From Salpingoeca rosetta (Eukaryota > Protista > Choanoflagellata): a stretch of 64,000 nt of DNA. A model generated the notes under the pieces. The model was not told the origin of the DNA. It did no database searches and saw only the letters and a program-made list of their open reading frames with translations. Of this stretch, positions 27,073 to 41,026 are shown piece by piece (positions within the stretch are counted from its first letter, which is position 1; every line of letters starts with the position of its first letter). Both the position numbers and the translations under genes were made by a program. Where the stretch lies: the NCBI GenBank assembly GCA_033442325.1, contig JAWQFM010000031.1:271393-335392 (forward strand), in the 5' to 3' direction.

Positions 27073-27265
27073 ACAGGCGCGGGCGTGCGAACCATTCAGG
27101 ACAGGCTCGTTGGGATGTCTGTTTGAAGGCTTGGTCTGCCTTCGGCTAGTGCGTGGTTCTGGTTTTGTTCTTACTCTCACACAGCCAGTCGCAACAGTAA
27201 ATGTCGCGAAACAACACTGTCGTGGGACTGACGCGGGCTCGTTTGAGGCCTTCATCAACTGACAA

Positions 27266-27371
<106 letters not shown>

Positions 27372-27731
27372 TTCATCACACACACACACACAATCTTCAT
27401 CACACACACACACACAATCTTCATCACGCACACACACACACACACATTCAAAAATTCCCGGCAGACCGGCGAATCATATTGTGCGTGTATCCACCGGCTT
27501 CACCTGGAAAAATTATCGTGCGCATTGGCTAGCCTCTCTTTGTTTGTGCGTGAGTGGAGTGTGAGGCCACTCGCACTGACACGCAGTGCACAAGCAGGCC
27601 ACGCACACAAGAAGCACAACAGCCGCATTCACCAGACCGCCTCGCTGTCCGCAACAAAGAACAAACACAAACAAACGCACACGATCGGCTAGTCAGCTGT
27701 CGCCTTGCCTCCCTCCCTGTCCCAGCCAGCC

Positions 27732-28242
27732 ATGCCACGCACTCATGCGGATAAGGTTCGATCGCTGCCTCCTTTTGTGTGTGTGTGTGCTGCCAAGGCC
27801 ATGATGAAGTGGCCGGTTGTGCGATCGAGCTTGCTTGATGAGCTTGGGTTATCTGTCTATCACACATCCTTTGCCTAGTGCACCCCATCTCACCCGATTT
27901 CTCGATATCACGACATGTTCGTTTTGCAGGCTGCCTTCTGCAAGTTCAAGACAAAGTCGGCGTGCCACAAGGCTGCTTGTGGGTTCATACACCATGATGA
28001 GGTGAGTGCTTTGTCTGTCTCTCTGTGTGTGTGTGTGTATGTGTGTGTGTAGGTGCTTGTGTTTGTCTATGAGTATTTGTGTGCCCTCCCTCTCGCCACA
28101 CACACACACACTTCTCTCTATCTGTCTCTCTGTCTCTGTCTGTCTATCTCTGTCTGTGTGTCTCTGTCTCTGTCTGTCTGTGTCTGTCTCTTTCTCTCTC
28201 TCTGTCACTCTTTCTCTCTCTGTCACTCTCTCTCTCTCTCTG

Positions 28243-28296
<54 letters not shown>

Positions 28297-31200
28297 ACAT
28301 CCTCACCAAGCACCAACTATTTGTCCCATCCAACCAAAACATCACGCCGAAGGTTGATGAAGACTGTGACCTCGGCCACTTGTGCAAGCGGAGGTATTGT
28401 AAGCGTCGGCACCCACCACCGGTAAGTGTGGTCTTTCTCCTTCAGAAGCGTGAACAAAACGATGCTTGAGCGAGAAACTGACATCCTCCCACACGCACGC
28501 ATACACACACGCTCATGCACACGTACGCTCACACGCGCACGCACGCACACGCGCATGCACACACACACACACACACACGCACGCAGATCTGCAAGCTCAG
28601 GCACATGTGCGAAAAGCGGGGTTGTTTTTTCTTGCATCCGATGGTCGACCTTCGGGACAGACCCAAGTGCTGGTTCTTGCAACAGGCTGGCGCACCATTA
28701 TTGCAAGCAATCATTACGAACTTGACCGGAAACAACAGTATCACTACAGTTGCTGATGCACGCAGGCAGCAAGTTCATATTCGCGGCGGTACGGCGGAAG
28801 AGCGCGTCAAGGCTGCTGACTTGTGCAAAACAGTTTTCAACCTCGTATCATGCGTAAGATTTCCATTCCCTGGCCGCTCAAAGGAGGACCTCAAACGCAA
28901 TCAGGCACCACTCCAGCTCGCAAAGCAGAATGACATCGCACTCTTCTACAGTGATGAGGAGGTCGTCATGGTGTACTGGGATGCAGTGCGGCGCCCACCT
29001 GAGGAGGTGCTGGCTGAAGTGAAGGAGCTGCTCATCGCGTCATCAGCCGAACAGCGCGACCGTGAACACGTCCAAATCCGAGATGCACCCAAGAGCTTGT
29101 TTTTGCGCGACGCCGGTGCTTCTTGGCTTAGAGTGACCGTTGCAGCCGCTGCTCCCGACGTGGCTGTGTCCGTTGACCCACGAACTCAGCGTGTATTCAT
29201 CAACGGAGGTACAGCTGCTGCTCGGAAACGCGCTGCTCAGGCTTGCAAAACATTCGTCCGGCAGCTGGTCAAGTCTGAAGATGTGTTGCTGCCTGGCCTC
29301 TCCAAGGCCGACATCAAGCGCAATCAAGCTGCCAATGACTGTGCGAAGCAGTATGACGTGACGCTGTTCGTCGGTGAGGCCAAGGCAACGCTCGTGTATT
29401 GCTCCACAAATCAGCGGTCTCTGGGTGCCCTGCCACGCATCAAGGAACTGCTGCAAACCCCAACTCAGCACCCGCCTCAGCACCCAGCAATTGTGACCCA
29501 AACTGTTACAGTCCCGAACGAACGCGCCCTTATCCCCGTGATTAAGGCTGTGCGACCCGCTCTCCCTGAGTATGTCTCCACGCAATTTCCCCAGACCAAG
29601 CTCAACATTGAGTTTCGGCACAGCGACCTCCCAGTTATGACGTTGAGCGGGCCCAGCACGCAAGTGGGCAGAGCTGCGGCAGCAATCACGGCGTTTTTAA
29701 AGGGTGTGGTCGTTCACAAGACGAGCGCCCCACACCCAGGTCCCACGGCGCAAGCTGCTCTGGAGAGGTTGCTGAAGGCAAAAGTCTCTCAGCTCAACAC
29801 CAGATTCAAGCAAGGCAATCACAAGTCTGTGCAGCACAAGGGGTCGCCAGGCAAGAGCAAGAAGTCGCCACGTGTCTTGATTGCGTTCAACGTCGCTGAA
29901 ACGAGAGTCATGCATTCGCTTCTGCGCGTGCACTTGACGGGCCCAACCGAAGCAAGCAAGGACCTCGAGCGGCTTTCCAAGACCGTGCAAGACTTTATTC
30001 ATGACTTCACCTCCCAAACGATCTCAGCACCCAGCAAAGAACTGTATAACGCGCTCAAACCCGTCTTTCTCAAGCACAGCGTGGCCGCGCAATGGGTCGG
30101 CGACGACTGCAGCATTGTGCTGTCAGGAGCCAAGCAAAGCGTGAATACGGCCAGGCAACTCCTTCAACGTGACAATGGCAGCACTGGAACGCCTGGCGGA
30201 CAGGCAAGTTGTGCTACGTCCCTTCCACCCACTCTTGGCAGCGGCGTATCTTCAAGCCCAACAACACGCAAACTCCTTGCGTCTACTAGCATCGTTGCCA
30301 GTGCTCTTCTGCTTCCCAAGAATGTTGGCCGCCTGAAGAGTTTGCTCGAGGATGCGATTGGGGCCAATGCTGGAGTGCGGGCGGAGCCGTGCTTGCAGAA
30401 TCAAGAGCCTTCGCGCGAGGTGGCCAGGCTGGTTGGCACAAAGGATGTGGTGGTGCCAGCACACAAGATGGCCGAGCAGAAGCTGCTGCAGCTGGAGCAA
30501 GACATGCTCACGGAGAACATCGAGCTCGACACGGCCGAGCTTGGCGTGTTCAAACGCCAGGAGGGGCGTGGCCTGATGAGGAGCGCACGTGACATGGGCG
30601 TCGTTGTGCTGAGCCCACGTGCCGCGCACAAGATGCTCGAGGCAGATATTCACCAAGCATTATCACAGTGCACGGCAAAGGCAACCCGACCAGTCCACGT
30701 GCTGACAGCGAATATCTCCAGCTCTTCAAGGCCGGCTCAAGTTGACGTGGTGTGCGGGGATTTCAAGGGCATGCGCGTTGATGTCATTGTCAACGCCGCA
30801 AACGAGGATCTGATGCATGGTGGTGGCATTGCTTTGGCCATCGCCGAGGCCGCGGGTCTCCAGTTCTCGGACGAGTGCCAGAAGTCTGTGGCCGCGCACG
30901 GCCGCGTGCGTGCAGGCACAGCACGCCACACCTCGTCGGGTGACTTGGCCAAGTCGACGCAGATCAAGCACGTGCTGCACGCCGTGGCGCCAATTTACAG
31001 TGGTGACGGCGGCAGTGGTGGTGGCAAATCATTCTTGACGTCTGCCCTGGCTTCGCTGCCCAAGCTCGGGTTTGGCGGAGATACTCAGGCGCAACTGAGT
31101 GCGTCGCTGCGCGCGTGTGTGCAAGAGGCGATCCGGCTTGCTGGGCGCCTCCCTGATGTGAGCTCCATTGGCATCCCAGCGATTGGGTCTGGCGTGTTTG

Positions 31201-33313
31201 GATGGCCAGAAGCAGAGGCAACGCGGGAGATTGTCAAGGCGGTGGTGGCGTCGGTGAACAGCGGCAGCCTGGGCAACATCAAGCGCGTTGTGCTGTTTGA
31301 CGCAATGCAAGCCAAGGCAAGCGCGTTTGCAGCGGCTGTGGGAACCTCTATGGCGCTTTGCGGACGCCGCGATGCGCAGATCAAGCACGTGCTGCACGCC
31401 GTGGCGCAATTTACAGTGGTGACGGCGGCAGTGGTGGTGGCAAATCATTCTTGACGTCTGCCCTGGCTTCGCTGCCCAAGCTCGGGTTTGGCGGAGATAC
31501 TCAGGCGCAACTGAGTGCGTCGCTGCGCGCGTGTGTGCAAGAGGCGATCCGGCTTGCTGGGCGCCTCCCTGATGTGAGCTCCATTGGCATCCCAGCGATT
31601 GGGTCTGGCGTGTTTGGATGGCCAGAAGCAGAGGCAACGCGGGAGATTGTCAAGGCGGTGGTGGCGTCGGTGAACAGCGGCAGCCTGGGCAACATCAAGC
31701 GCGTTGTGCTGTTTGACGCAATGCAAGCCAAGGCAAGCGCGTTTGCAGCGGCTGTGAAGGCGCTTGCTGAGCGCGACGGTGCTGGCAGCAAGAGCAGCAG
31801 CAGCACGACCAGCAGCACGAGCACGACCAGCAGCAGTGCTTCGTACCATGTCCCACGTGTGCTGGAGAAGCCAGAGTACGTGTGGATGTGGCGGTTCCAT
31901 GAGCGCGACCGGTGGGTGATGTATGACTGGGACCAGCAGGTGCAGATTGAGCAGGCACACGGGGCGGGTCGTCAAGATGACTTCCGCATCAGCGGTGACC
32001 GTGGCGGCGTTCGCTCTGATTCCAAGCACATTCCTGAGGGGGAGAAGTATCCCGTGTACTTTGTGAACCTGGCGAAGATGACACAGCGCAACGCCAAGTC
32101 CAACTTCGAGCGACGCATCCAACGTGTTCGCTGGACAGAAGGCATGCCGCTTCCGCCGCTGTTTGAGGAGCGGCGACAGGAGGCGCTTGCGCTCGCACAG
32201 GCGCAGCGCCGTGCACATCATTCGTCCTGGTTCTCCTTTGCCTCGACCACTTCATCGTCAGCGGCGCGACCGATGCCATCGAGTGGTATCAGCAACAGCG
32301 GCGGCAGCAACAACAGCGCGCGCATTGTGAATGTGCGCAAGCCAGAAATGGGAACACCGTACGTCACTGGCAAGGCGCCCAAGCCGTCGTCCATCACATC
32401 CACGGCAGCCCTGCCGAAGAAAGGCTTCGTGCTGTGTGGACCCAGGGCAAAGGTGCAGGCAGTGAAGGACAAGTGGACGAGCGAACTGCACGACATGTGG
32501 CAACAGTCGGAAATCAAGTTGTTTGAGAACGACCGCGAGCACAACGAGCGCCTTCTTGACCACAAGGATGTGCGTGCTGCCATTGCCAAGCACGGTGCCA
32601 AGATCCGCGTGAACCCTGCTGGCAACATTGTCCTCGAGTACGTGACTGAGTCTGCCTTCTATGAGATCAACAGCACGATGGTGAAGCTGGTCGAGGAGAT
32701 CAAGGTGCCACGCACGTGGACGACGATGAAGGATCCTCGCAGCGTGGAGGTGGTGCCGGTGCCTGCAGGCACGCAGGAGTATCAGGACGTGGTGGAGATT
32801 TTCTTACGAGGCGGCTTCACGAAAACTGTGCTCAAGGTGGAGCGCGTGCAGAACAAGTTCTTGTGGGATGCTTATTTCGACAAGCGCAGATGGCTGAATC
32901 GCCACAGTGGCGGCGCCAACGAGAAGCACATGTTCCACGGCACCCGTAGTGTTGAGCCGAACAAAATTGTCAAGGACAGCTTCGACTTTCGCCACGCGCG
33001 CGCGGGCATGTTTGGTCGCGGTGCCTATTTCGCCGAGTACATGTCTTACAGCGACAGCTATGCCTTTCCCGTGCAGCCCCCCACCATGAACCACTTCTCC
33101 TCGCGCTATGGCACCGGAGCAGGCGTGCGGCAGGTGTTCATTGCACGTGTGGCGGCCGGAAAAGTGGAAGAGCGATCGTCAGACAGCTCCATTGTTCGCC
33201 CTTCTGATGGGTACGATTCTGTTACAGGCACGGTGTCGGCCAATCACAAGGCCATCATCATCTACGACTTGCAGCAGGCCTACCCAGAGTACCTGATCAC
33301 GTACAGCGCCTGA
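27732..33313 (+). CDS. CCCH(x3)-KH-like-macrodomain-WWE-PARP (mono-ADP-ribosyltransferase), paralog A; frame broken in this assembly by an internal duplication at ~31341-31756
   Basis: Exons 27732-27755 (MPRTHADK), 27930-28001 (CKFKTKSACHKAACGFIH), 28353-28421 (CDLGHLCKRRYCKRRH), then 28587 onward (CKLRHMCEKRGCFFLH). Macro: IVNAANEDLMHGGGIA...PAIGSGVFGWP. WWE: WMW..W..YD..QIE..YFVNLAKMTQRN..RRIQR. ART: VERVQN, MFHGT, FGRGAYFA, QAYPEYLITY. Confidence 0.88.
30958..31756 (+). repeat. Direct tandem duplication of the C-terminal half of the macrodomain (~383 bp units at ~30958-31340 and ~31375-31756)
   Basis: The copies are near-identical except gtggcgccaattt vs gtggcgcaattt (1-nt deletion). They are separated by a ~34-nt unrelated spacer, and the 416-nt offset is not a multiple of 3. 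Confidence 0.92.
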
Positions 33314-33663
33314 GGACACGTGTGAGAGGGGGGGGAGGCTTTCTTGGTGTGTGCGTGTGTGTACTTGGTGTGCGTGTGTGTGAATGCTTGAATGGAAAGG
33401 GTTTGATGTTTGCTTTGTTTTGCATGTGGTATCGTGTGACTTCCTACATTTCTTCATACGCTTGGTGTTTGCGTGGAGTTTTTGCCTTTGTTTTGAAAGC
33501 CTCGTGTTCCATTCGCTCCTTGTTTGTTTGGTGCTTGTGTGTGTGTGTGTGTGTGTGCGTGTCTTCTCATCTCGTTTTGCGTTTCGTTTCTCTTCTTGCT
33601 TGCATTGACATGGCCTGTCATCTGCGCCTGTCCTCCTTGTTGTTCTGTGGCTTGTGCCTGTTT

Positions 33664-33747
<84 letters not shown>

Positions 33748-34046
33748 TGCTGTGGGCGCGCGTCATTTGTCGTTGTTTACCTACCCAATACAACTGCCGT
33801 TGAATGTAATTTGAAGTGACTTGGCTTGTGTGGTGCTGCAAATGGAGCCCCAACCGTGTGGGTATGCTGTGTGACGGTAATAGCGTACGTGACTTGTGTG
33901 TGTCTGTGAGTTTGTGTGTCTGTGTGTGCCTCTTTTTGTGTGTGTGATGTGTGTCTCTGTGTGTCCGTCTGTCCGTCCGTCCGTCTGTCTGTCTGTCTCA
34001 CTCACTCACTCACTCACTCACTCACACACACACACACTCTCTCTCA

Positions 34047-34161
<115 letters not shown>

Positions 34162-34499
34162 CATTTCACCCCAGCGCAGGCAGGCGTTCAAATTGTTCCC
34201 GGCACAATGTTCGTATCCACCACAATCTACGACCAGCGCTGAGTCATCATTTCGTTGGTTGTGTCACTGATTTGCTTTGCTGGCTTTGCTTCTTGTTGTT
34301 TTGCGCCTCACCCACCCACAAACAACCACAAGCCTCACTTTCTCCTTGTCTGTGTTTTCTTGGTCCTGTTGTTCGCGTCGCACTGCACAACAAGCACAAC
34401 AAGCACAACAAGCACAACAAGCACAACACCTGCACGCTCTGCCCACACTGCGATCAATCGCGTGTCCTTTCCCTTCTTCTCCCTTCGAGGACTGGAAGC

Positions 34500-35449
34500 A
34501 TGCCTCCCCACCGAAAGGTAGGCAGATGCACATATGGTCCTCTGACTCTGGTTAGGATGCACGGCATCGTTTTGGTTTCGTGCCTCTCTTGAGCTGGCTT
34601 GTGGGGTGTCCGGACAACAGTTGTGTGTGTGTGTGTTGTCACATCAGGACATCAGGACATCAGGACATCAGGACACATTGGACGTGCTACTGCTCATGCA
34701 GCCTTCTGACACGATGTTTGCTTTTTCTCTTCGTGTCTACGTGTCTGCGTGTCTGCGTGCAGGGTCAGCGTTGCCCACACGGCTCCAAGGCGGTCTGTCG
34801 GACAAGCGCGTGCTACTATGTCCACACAGATGAGGCAAGTCCCATCATGTGTGTATGCGTGTATGTGTGTGTGTGTGTTGCGTTGTGCAACAGGATGCGT
34901 GCGCAGAATGCGCATGGACTCTCCCGCATGTTTGTGAACGGCTCACCTGCCTGTCCCACTCATCTATTCATGCAATGCCGACATTCTGGTTCACAGAAGA
35001 ACGTGGAGTGTGATTTTGGTTCAGGCTGCACGAATGCGTCCTGCCCCCGAGTGCACCCTGCGCCGGTGAGTGTTTCGTAGTGGCTTCCACACGATGGTGC
35101 ATCTGTGTACGCCTTGGCTTGTCGCCAACAAAACATACCACCCTCTCTGCTTTGAGCCACACACAAGGACATACTCGGCTGTGAGGTTTTGGTGTGTCCT
35201 TGAGCGTTTTCATGTGTCGGCCGTTGTCACCGCCGCTTTGTTCTCATTTGCTTCTGACACCCGATGTGACACAGCTTAAGTTCCAGTGCCAGCGTGGACG
35301 GCACTGCTCGAGCTCCACCTGCGATCGCATCCACCCTGCGGCGAAAAAGGTTTGTTTACCTCTGCTCCCTGGCAGCGCCTGCGCACGAAACAAGACAGGC
35401 AGGGTTGTGCTCTGTGTGTGTGTGTGTGTGCGTGCGCGCGCGCGCACGC

Positions 35450-35513
<64 letters not shown>

Positions 35514-36243
35514 ATGTGAAGTGTTGAGCGTGCCAACACGTGCGTGAAACGCAGGTACGAAGCGTTCTTCTCACGCAGCCTCAAACCGCACCGACATCCA
35601 CCCTTACCAGTCTCAAACGCTGTGCATCCATGACGAGAAATGCACCAACGCCTCCTGCCAGCGGCAGCATCCCAAGCGGGTACGCATGCGTGTATGTGTG
35701 TATGTGTGTGTGTGTGCATGTGCATGCGTGTATGTGTGTGCAGGCGTGCTTGTGCATGCGTGTGTGTGTGCGTGTGCGTTCGTTACCTTTGCGCCTTCGT
35801 GCATACGTGCTTGCCTGCTCCTGTGTAAACGTTGCGCAACCTGCTTCTTCATTCTCAATTGTCTCTTGGTCACGCATGACACATGCGACGGTCTTGCTGT
35901 GACAACTTTCAGGATGCCATGCGCGCACAGCAACGGCCTCAGTCCATGTTTCCCCAGACCTCCACGTTTCCCAAAAGCCCGACCACACTTCCCAAGAGCC
36001 CCTCCATGTTTGGCAAAAGTCCTTCCAAGAGTCCCAGTTTTGGTCAGCATGCAACTCAGCCCTCTTTCTCTGTGCAGAATCAGCAGCAGCAACAGCACAT
36101 GCTGCAGCCGCAGGTTCGTTTGCCTTTGCTTCCACGCACCAATAGCACGTTATCTTAAGCTCTACGTCGCGAGAGAGAGTGTGTGTGTTCGTTCGTGGGT
36201 CTATTTCTGTGTGTGTGTGAGTTTGGGAGGAGCGCCCTCATGC

Positions 36244-36296
<53 letters not shown>

Positions 36297-36575
36297 GCAC
36301 AAGGCGGCGCTCACGATTGTTCTGCGTGCCATGCTTGACAGAGCACCCCAGTGTGCTTCCAAGACCCCAACTGCACCAAGAAATTCTGTCCACGGCTTCA
36401 TCCTCAGCGGGTATGTATGTGTGTGTGTGTGATATGGCTGGGGTGTGCGTTTGTACTGTGTATGTGTTGTTCGTGTGTGTGTGTGTGTGCGTGTGTGTGT
36501 GTGTGTGTGTGCCTGTATCCCTCTCTCTCACGCACCATGGGAATCCCAACACATCACCTCTCACCCCTCACCCAC

Positions 36576-36612
<37 letters not shown>

Positions 36613-39600
36613 TGTTGTTGCATTCACTTTCATAGGATGCCATGCGCGCACAGCCACAGCCTCAGCCCATGTTTCCCAAGAGCCCCTCCATGTTTGGCAA
36701 AAGTCCTTCCAAGAGCCCCAGTTTTGGTCAGCATGCAACTCAGCCCCCTTTCCCTGCGCAGCCGCCCAGGTTCTTCGGGGCACCTAGTGCCCCGACGCCT
36801 GACGGTGGTGTCACGAACGTCCCCACGCCCATACCTGGGAAGATGTACTATGTCAACACCTTTGGCAACGCCAAGCTGAGGGAAATTGCCGACGCCGTCA
36901 GCCAGGACATGTCCTGGACCATCGACAGGAAAAACCGGGCAATTGTGATCACGGGCGCAACAATGGCTGAGCGCGAAGTGGTGAAGAACCAGTTCAAAAG
37001 CTTTCTCAAGCACAACCTCACTTGCGACCGCGTGGAAGTTGAGGGGTGCACGTTCGCTGAGCTCAAGGAAAACACGCAGGCACTCAACCTGGCCAAGCGC
37101 AGCAACATCATCATCTCCTACCATGATGGCGCCGTCGATCTCACGTACCAGGGCGACGATGGCGACGCTGTTGCCGTGCTGCCTCGGCTTGAGGCCGTGC
37201 TGCGTGCACAGGCCGTGACCACGCAGGTCGTGCCGCTGCCAAACAACGAGCGCGCCCTCATCTCTGTTGTTCGCGCCGCCACAACCGCGCTGGCCGACAT
37301 GATTGCCAACCAGTTTCCCAACACCAAGTTCACTGTCGAGTTTCCTGGCCCGGTGATGACGGTGAGAGGCCCGGCGTCCAGCGTGCAAAGGGCGGCCAAA
37401 CGCATCACAGCATACCTGCAGGACATCAAGGTGCTCAAGCGGAAGGCGAAGAAACCATCACGGCAGCTGGCACATGCGCTGTGTCATTTCCTGCGCCGTG
37501 CGGTTCGACAGATCAACGCAGACGCCACTGGCAACATGGACGGCGACACTGAGGCCCACGGCGAGGACGACGACGCCAGCGACGACAACGACGACGACCT
37601 TGGCGTCGGGCCTCCAAAGCCCACCAAGCCCAAGAAGCACGCGGCTGCGTCCGAGTCAGATGTGGAGTTCCCCTACATCCTCTTCAAGGTGTTCTCCAGC
37701 TTCTTCACCCACCCAACAGGCAAAGGCAAGGCAAGGGGCAAGGGCAAAGGGCCCGCGGGCGGCTCGAACAAGAACAGCGGCGGTGACAACGCTGACTTTG
37801 TCCGCGTCCAGCTGACAGGCCCTTCTGATGCGCGGAAGGACCTCGAGCGCCTGGCCCAGCGCGTCGACGCATTCATACAAACGTTTGTCAGCGCGTCTGT
37901 GCGCGTCAAGAAGGAGACGTTCAACACGATGAGGGCGTCGCTGCTCGAGCTCGACGTGAATGAGCACTATCGCGCGCACGACAAGACGCTTCTCCTGTCT
38001 GGGGCAGAGGCAGCGGTGGAGGAGGCAAAGAAGCGGCTGGACCAAGCTGAGCAGCGGCTTCGACCGCTCACGTACAAGCTGCATGCTTCGTCCAGCATCA
38101 TGAGGATGGCCCTCCTCCTGCGGTGCAACTCCACAGCCCTCACACAGCTTCGCGATCAAGTGGCGCGTGCCTTTCCTGACGTGAACATCAGCATCCACAG
38201 TGGCGCGCAGGACGCCAAGAACCCTGGGTCGCGCGAGGTGGCCCGGTTGGTTGGCACAAAGGATGTGGTGGTGCCAGCACACAAGATGGCCGAGCAGAAG
38301 CTGCAGCAGCTGGAGCAAGACATGCTCACGGAGAACATCGAGCTCGACACGGCCGAGCTTGGCGTGTTCCAACGCCAGGAGGGGCGTGGCCTGATGAGGA
38401 ACGCACGTGACATGGGCGTGGTCGTGCTGAGCCCACGTGACGCGCACAAGATGCTTGAGGCAGACAGCAAGCAGGCTTCCAAGCACGCCGCCGCCTCAAC
38501 TCCATCGACACCTGCCAAGGTCTCAACCCCTGCTGCAACCCCAGTTCTTATGGCCCACGTTGCTGGTGGGACCGACACTGCTATCGGGCTCAAAGTCCTG
38601 TGCGGGGATTTCAAGGGCATGCACGTTGATGCCATTGTCAACGCTGCAAACGAGGATCTGATGCATTGCGGTGGCATTGCTTTCGCCATCGCCAAGGCCG
38701 CGGGTCTCCAGTTCTCGGACGAGTGCCAGAAGTCTGTGGCCGCGCACGGCCGCGTGCGTGCAGGCACAGCACGCCACACCTCGTCGGGTGACTTGGCCAA
38801 GTCGACGCAGATCAAGCACGTGCTGCACGCCGTGGCGCCAATTTACAGTGGTGACGGCGGCAGTGGTGGTGGCAAATCAATGTTGTCGTCTTTCCTGGCT
38901 TCGCTGCCCAAGCTCGGGTTTGGCGGAGATACTCAGGCGCAACTGAGTGCGTCGCTGCGCGCGTGTGTGCAAGAGGCGATCCGGCTTGCTGGGCGCCTCC
39001 CTGATGTGAGCTCCATTGGCATCCCAGCGATTGGGTCTGGCGTGTTTGGATGGCCAGAAGCAGAGGCAACGCGGGAGATTGTCAAGGCGGTGGTGGCGTC
39101 GGTGAACAGCGGCAGCCTGGGCAACATCAAGCGCGTTGTGCTGTTTGACGCAATGCAAGCCAAGGCAAGCGCGTTTGCAGCGGCTGTGAAGGCGCTTGCT
39201 GAGCGCGACGGTGCTGGCGGCAAGAGCAGCAGCAGCACGACCAGCAGCACGAGCACGACCAGCAGCAGTGCTTCGTACCATGTCCCACGTGTGCTGGAGA
39301 AGCCAGAGTACGTGTGGATGTGGCGGTTCCATGAGCGCGACCAGTGGGTGATGTACGACTGGGACCAGCAGGTGCAGATTGAGCAGGCACACGGGGCGGG
39401 TCGTCAAGATGACTTCCGCATCAGCGGTGACCGTGGCGGCGTTCGCTCTGATTCCAAGCACATTCCTGAGGGGGAGAAGTATCCCGTGTACTTTGTGAAC
39501 CTTGGCAAGATGACGCAGCGCAACGCCAAGTCCAACTTTGAGCGACGAATCCAACGCGTTCGCTGGACAGAAGCCATGCCGCTTCCGCCGCTGTTTGAGG

Positions 39601-40703
39601 ATCGGCGACAGGAGGCATTGGCGCTCGCACAGGCGCAGCAGCGTGCACAGCGCTCGCAGTCTTCATCATCGACGCACATGTCATCAGCCAAGGGCCAATC
39701 TGCATCGAGCAGCAGCAGCAGCAGCAGCAGCGCGCGCATTGTGAATGTGCGCGAACCCAAGGCTGTGAAGGAGGCGGAGACTGGCGGGAGCGTGCCCAAG
39801 CCGTCATCCATCACATCCACGGCAGCCCTGCCGAAGAAAGGCTTCGTGCTGTGTGGACCCAGGGCAAAGGTGCAGGCAGTGAAGGACAAGTGGACGAGCG
39901 AACTGCACGACATGTGGCAACAGTCGGAAATCAAGTTGTTTGAGAACGACCGCGAGCACAACGAGCGCCTTCTTGACCACAAGGATGTGCGTGCTGCCAT
40001 TGCCAAGCACGGTGCCAAGATCCGCGTGAACCCTGCTGGCAACATTGTCCTCGAGTACGTGACTGAGTCTGCCTTCCATGAGATCAACAGCACGATGGTG
40101 AAGCTGGTCGAGGAGATCAAGGTGCCACGCACGTGGACGACGATGAAGGATCCTCGCAGCGTGGAGGTGGTACCGGTGCCTGCAGGCACGCAGGAGTATC
40201 AGGACGTGGTGGAGATCTTCTCACGAGGCGGCTTCACGAAAACTGTGCTCAAGGTGGAGCGCGTGCAGAACAAGTACTTGTGGGACTGCTACTTTCACAA
40301 GCGTGACGTGCTGAATCGTCACAGCATTGGCGCGAACGAAAAGCACATGTTCCACGGTACTGGCGCCGTTGATCCCGCCATCATCGCCGACACCAACTTT
40401 GACTTCCGCTATGCATCTGCCGGTTTGTTTGGCCGCGGTGCCTATTTCGCCGAGCTCATGGAATACAGCGACCGTGGCTACGCCTACGTGTGCCCTGACG
40501 ACCCGACGAAACGACAGGTGTTCATTGCACGCGTGGCGGCTGGGAAGGTTGAGGAGCGCGGAAGCAACTGCGACCAGTCCATCAAGCACCAGTCTCCAGG
40601 GTTCGATTCTGTTGGGGGCATGGTCACGGCCACTCACAAGGCCATCATCATCTACGACTTGCAGCAGGCCTACCCAGAGTACCTGATCACGTACAGCGCC
40701 TGA
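34500..40703 (+). CDS. CCCH(x5)-KH-like-macrodomain-WWE-PARP (mono-ADP-ribosyltransferase), paralog B; intact, 8 exons
   Basis: Exons 34500-34517, 34763-34834, 34997-35065, 35275-35349, 35611-35679, 35913-36113, 36342-36410 and 36636-40703, all phase 0. Five encode one C-x5/7-C-x4-C-x3-H finger each. The final 4-kb exon carries KH-like repeats, macro (NAANEDLMHCGGIA, GSGVFG), WWE and ART (MFHGT, GAYFA, QAYPEYLITYSA*). Confidence 0.9.
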
Positions 40704-41026
40704 GGACACGTGTGAGAGGGGGGGGGAGGCTTTCTTGGTGTGTGTGTGTGTGTGTGTGTGTTATACATTGTGCCTACGCTATGATCAGTGTGCTTTTTGT
40801 GGATCCAACTTGAACTGTTTCCTTGTATTTTGCGTGCGTGCGCGCGTGTGTGTGGTCGAGGGTCATGTTCCTACGCTGAAGAACTCGCTTGTCATGAATG
40901 TGTGTGTGTGTGTATGTATGCGGTGTGCGAGTTGAAATAAAGATCGAAAGTCCCACAGCATGCAAGCTAGCCTCGACGGGCTGATTGGAGGAGGTTGTGT
41001 GTGAGAAGAGTCCCCTCGGGTGCACG

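Noticed and set aside
31358-33313. Separate 651-aa WWE-PARP gene
   Set aside because: Its start lies in the spacer of the internal duplication. It is the 3' half of paralog A, collinear with paralog B.
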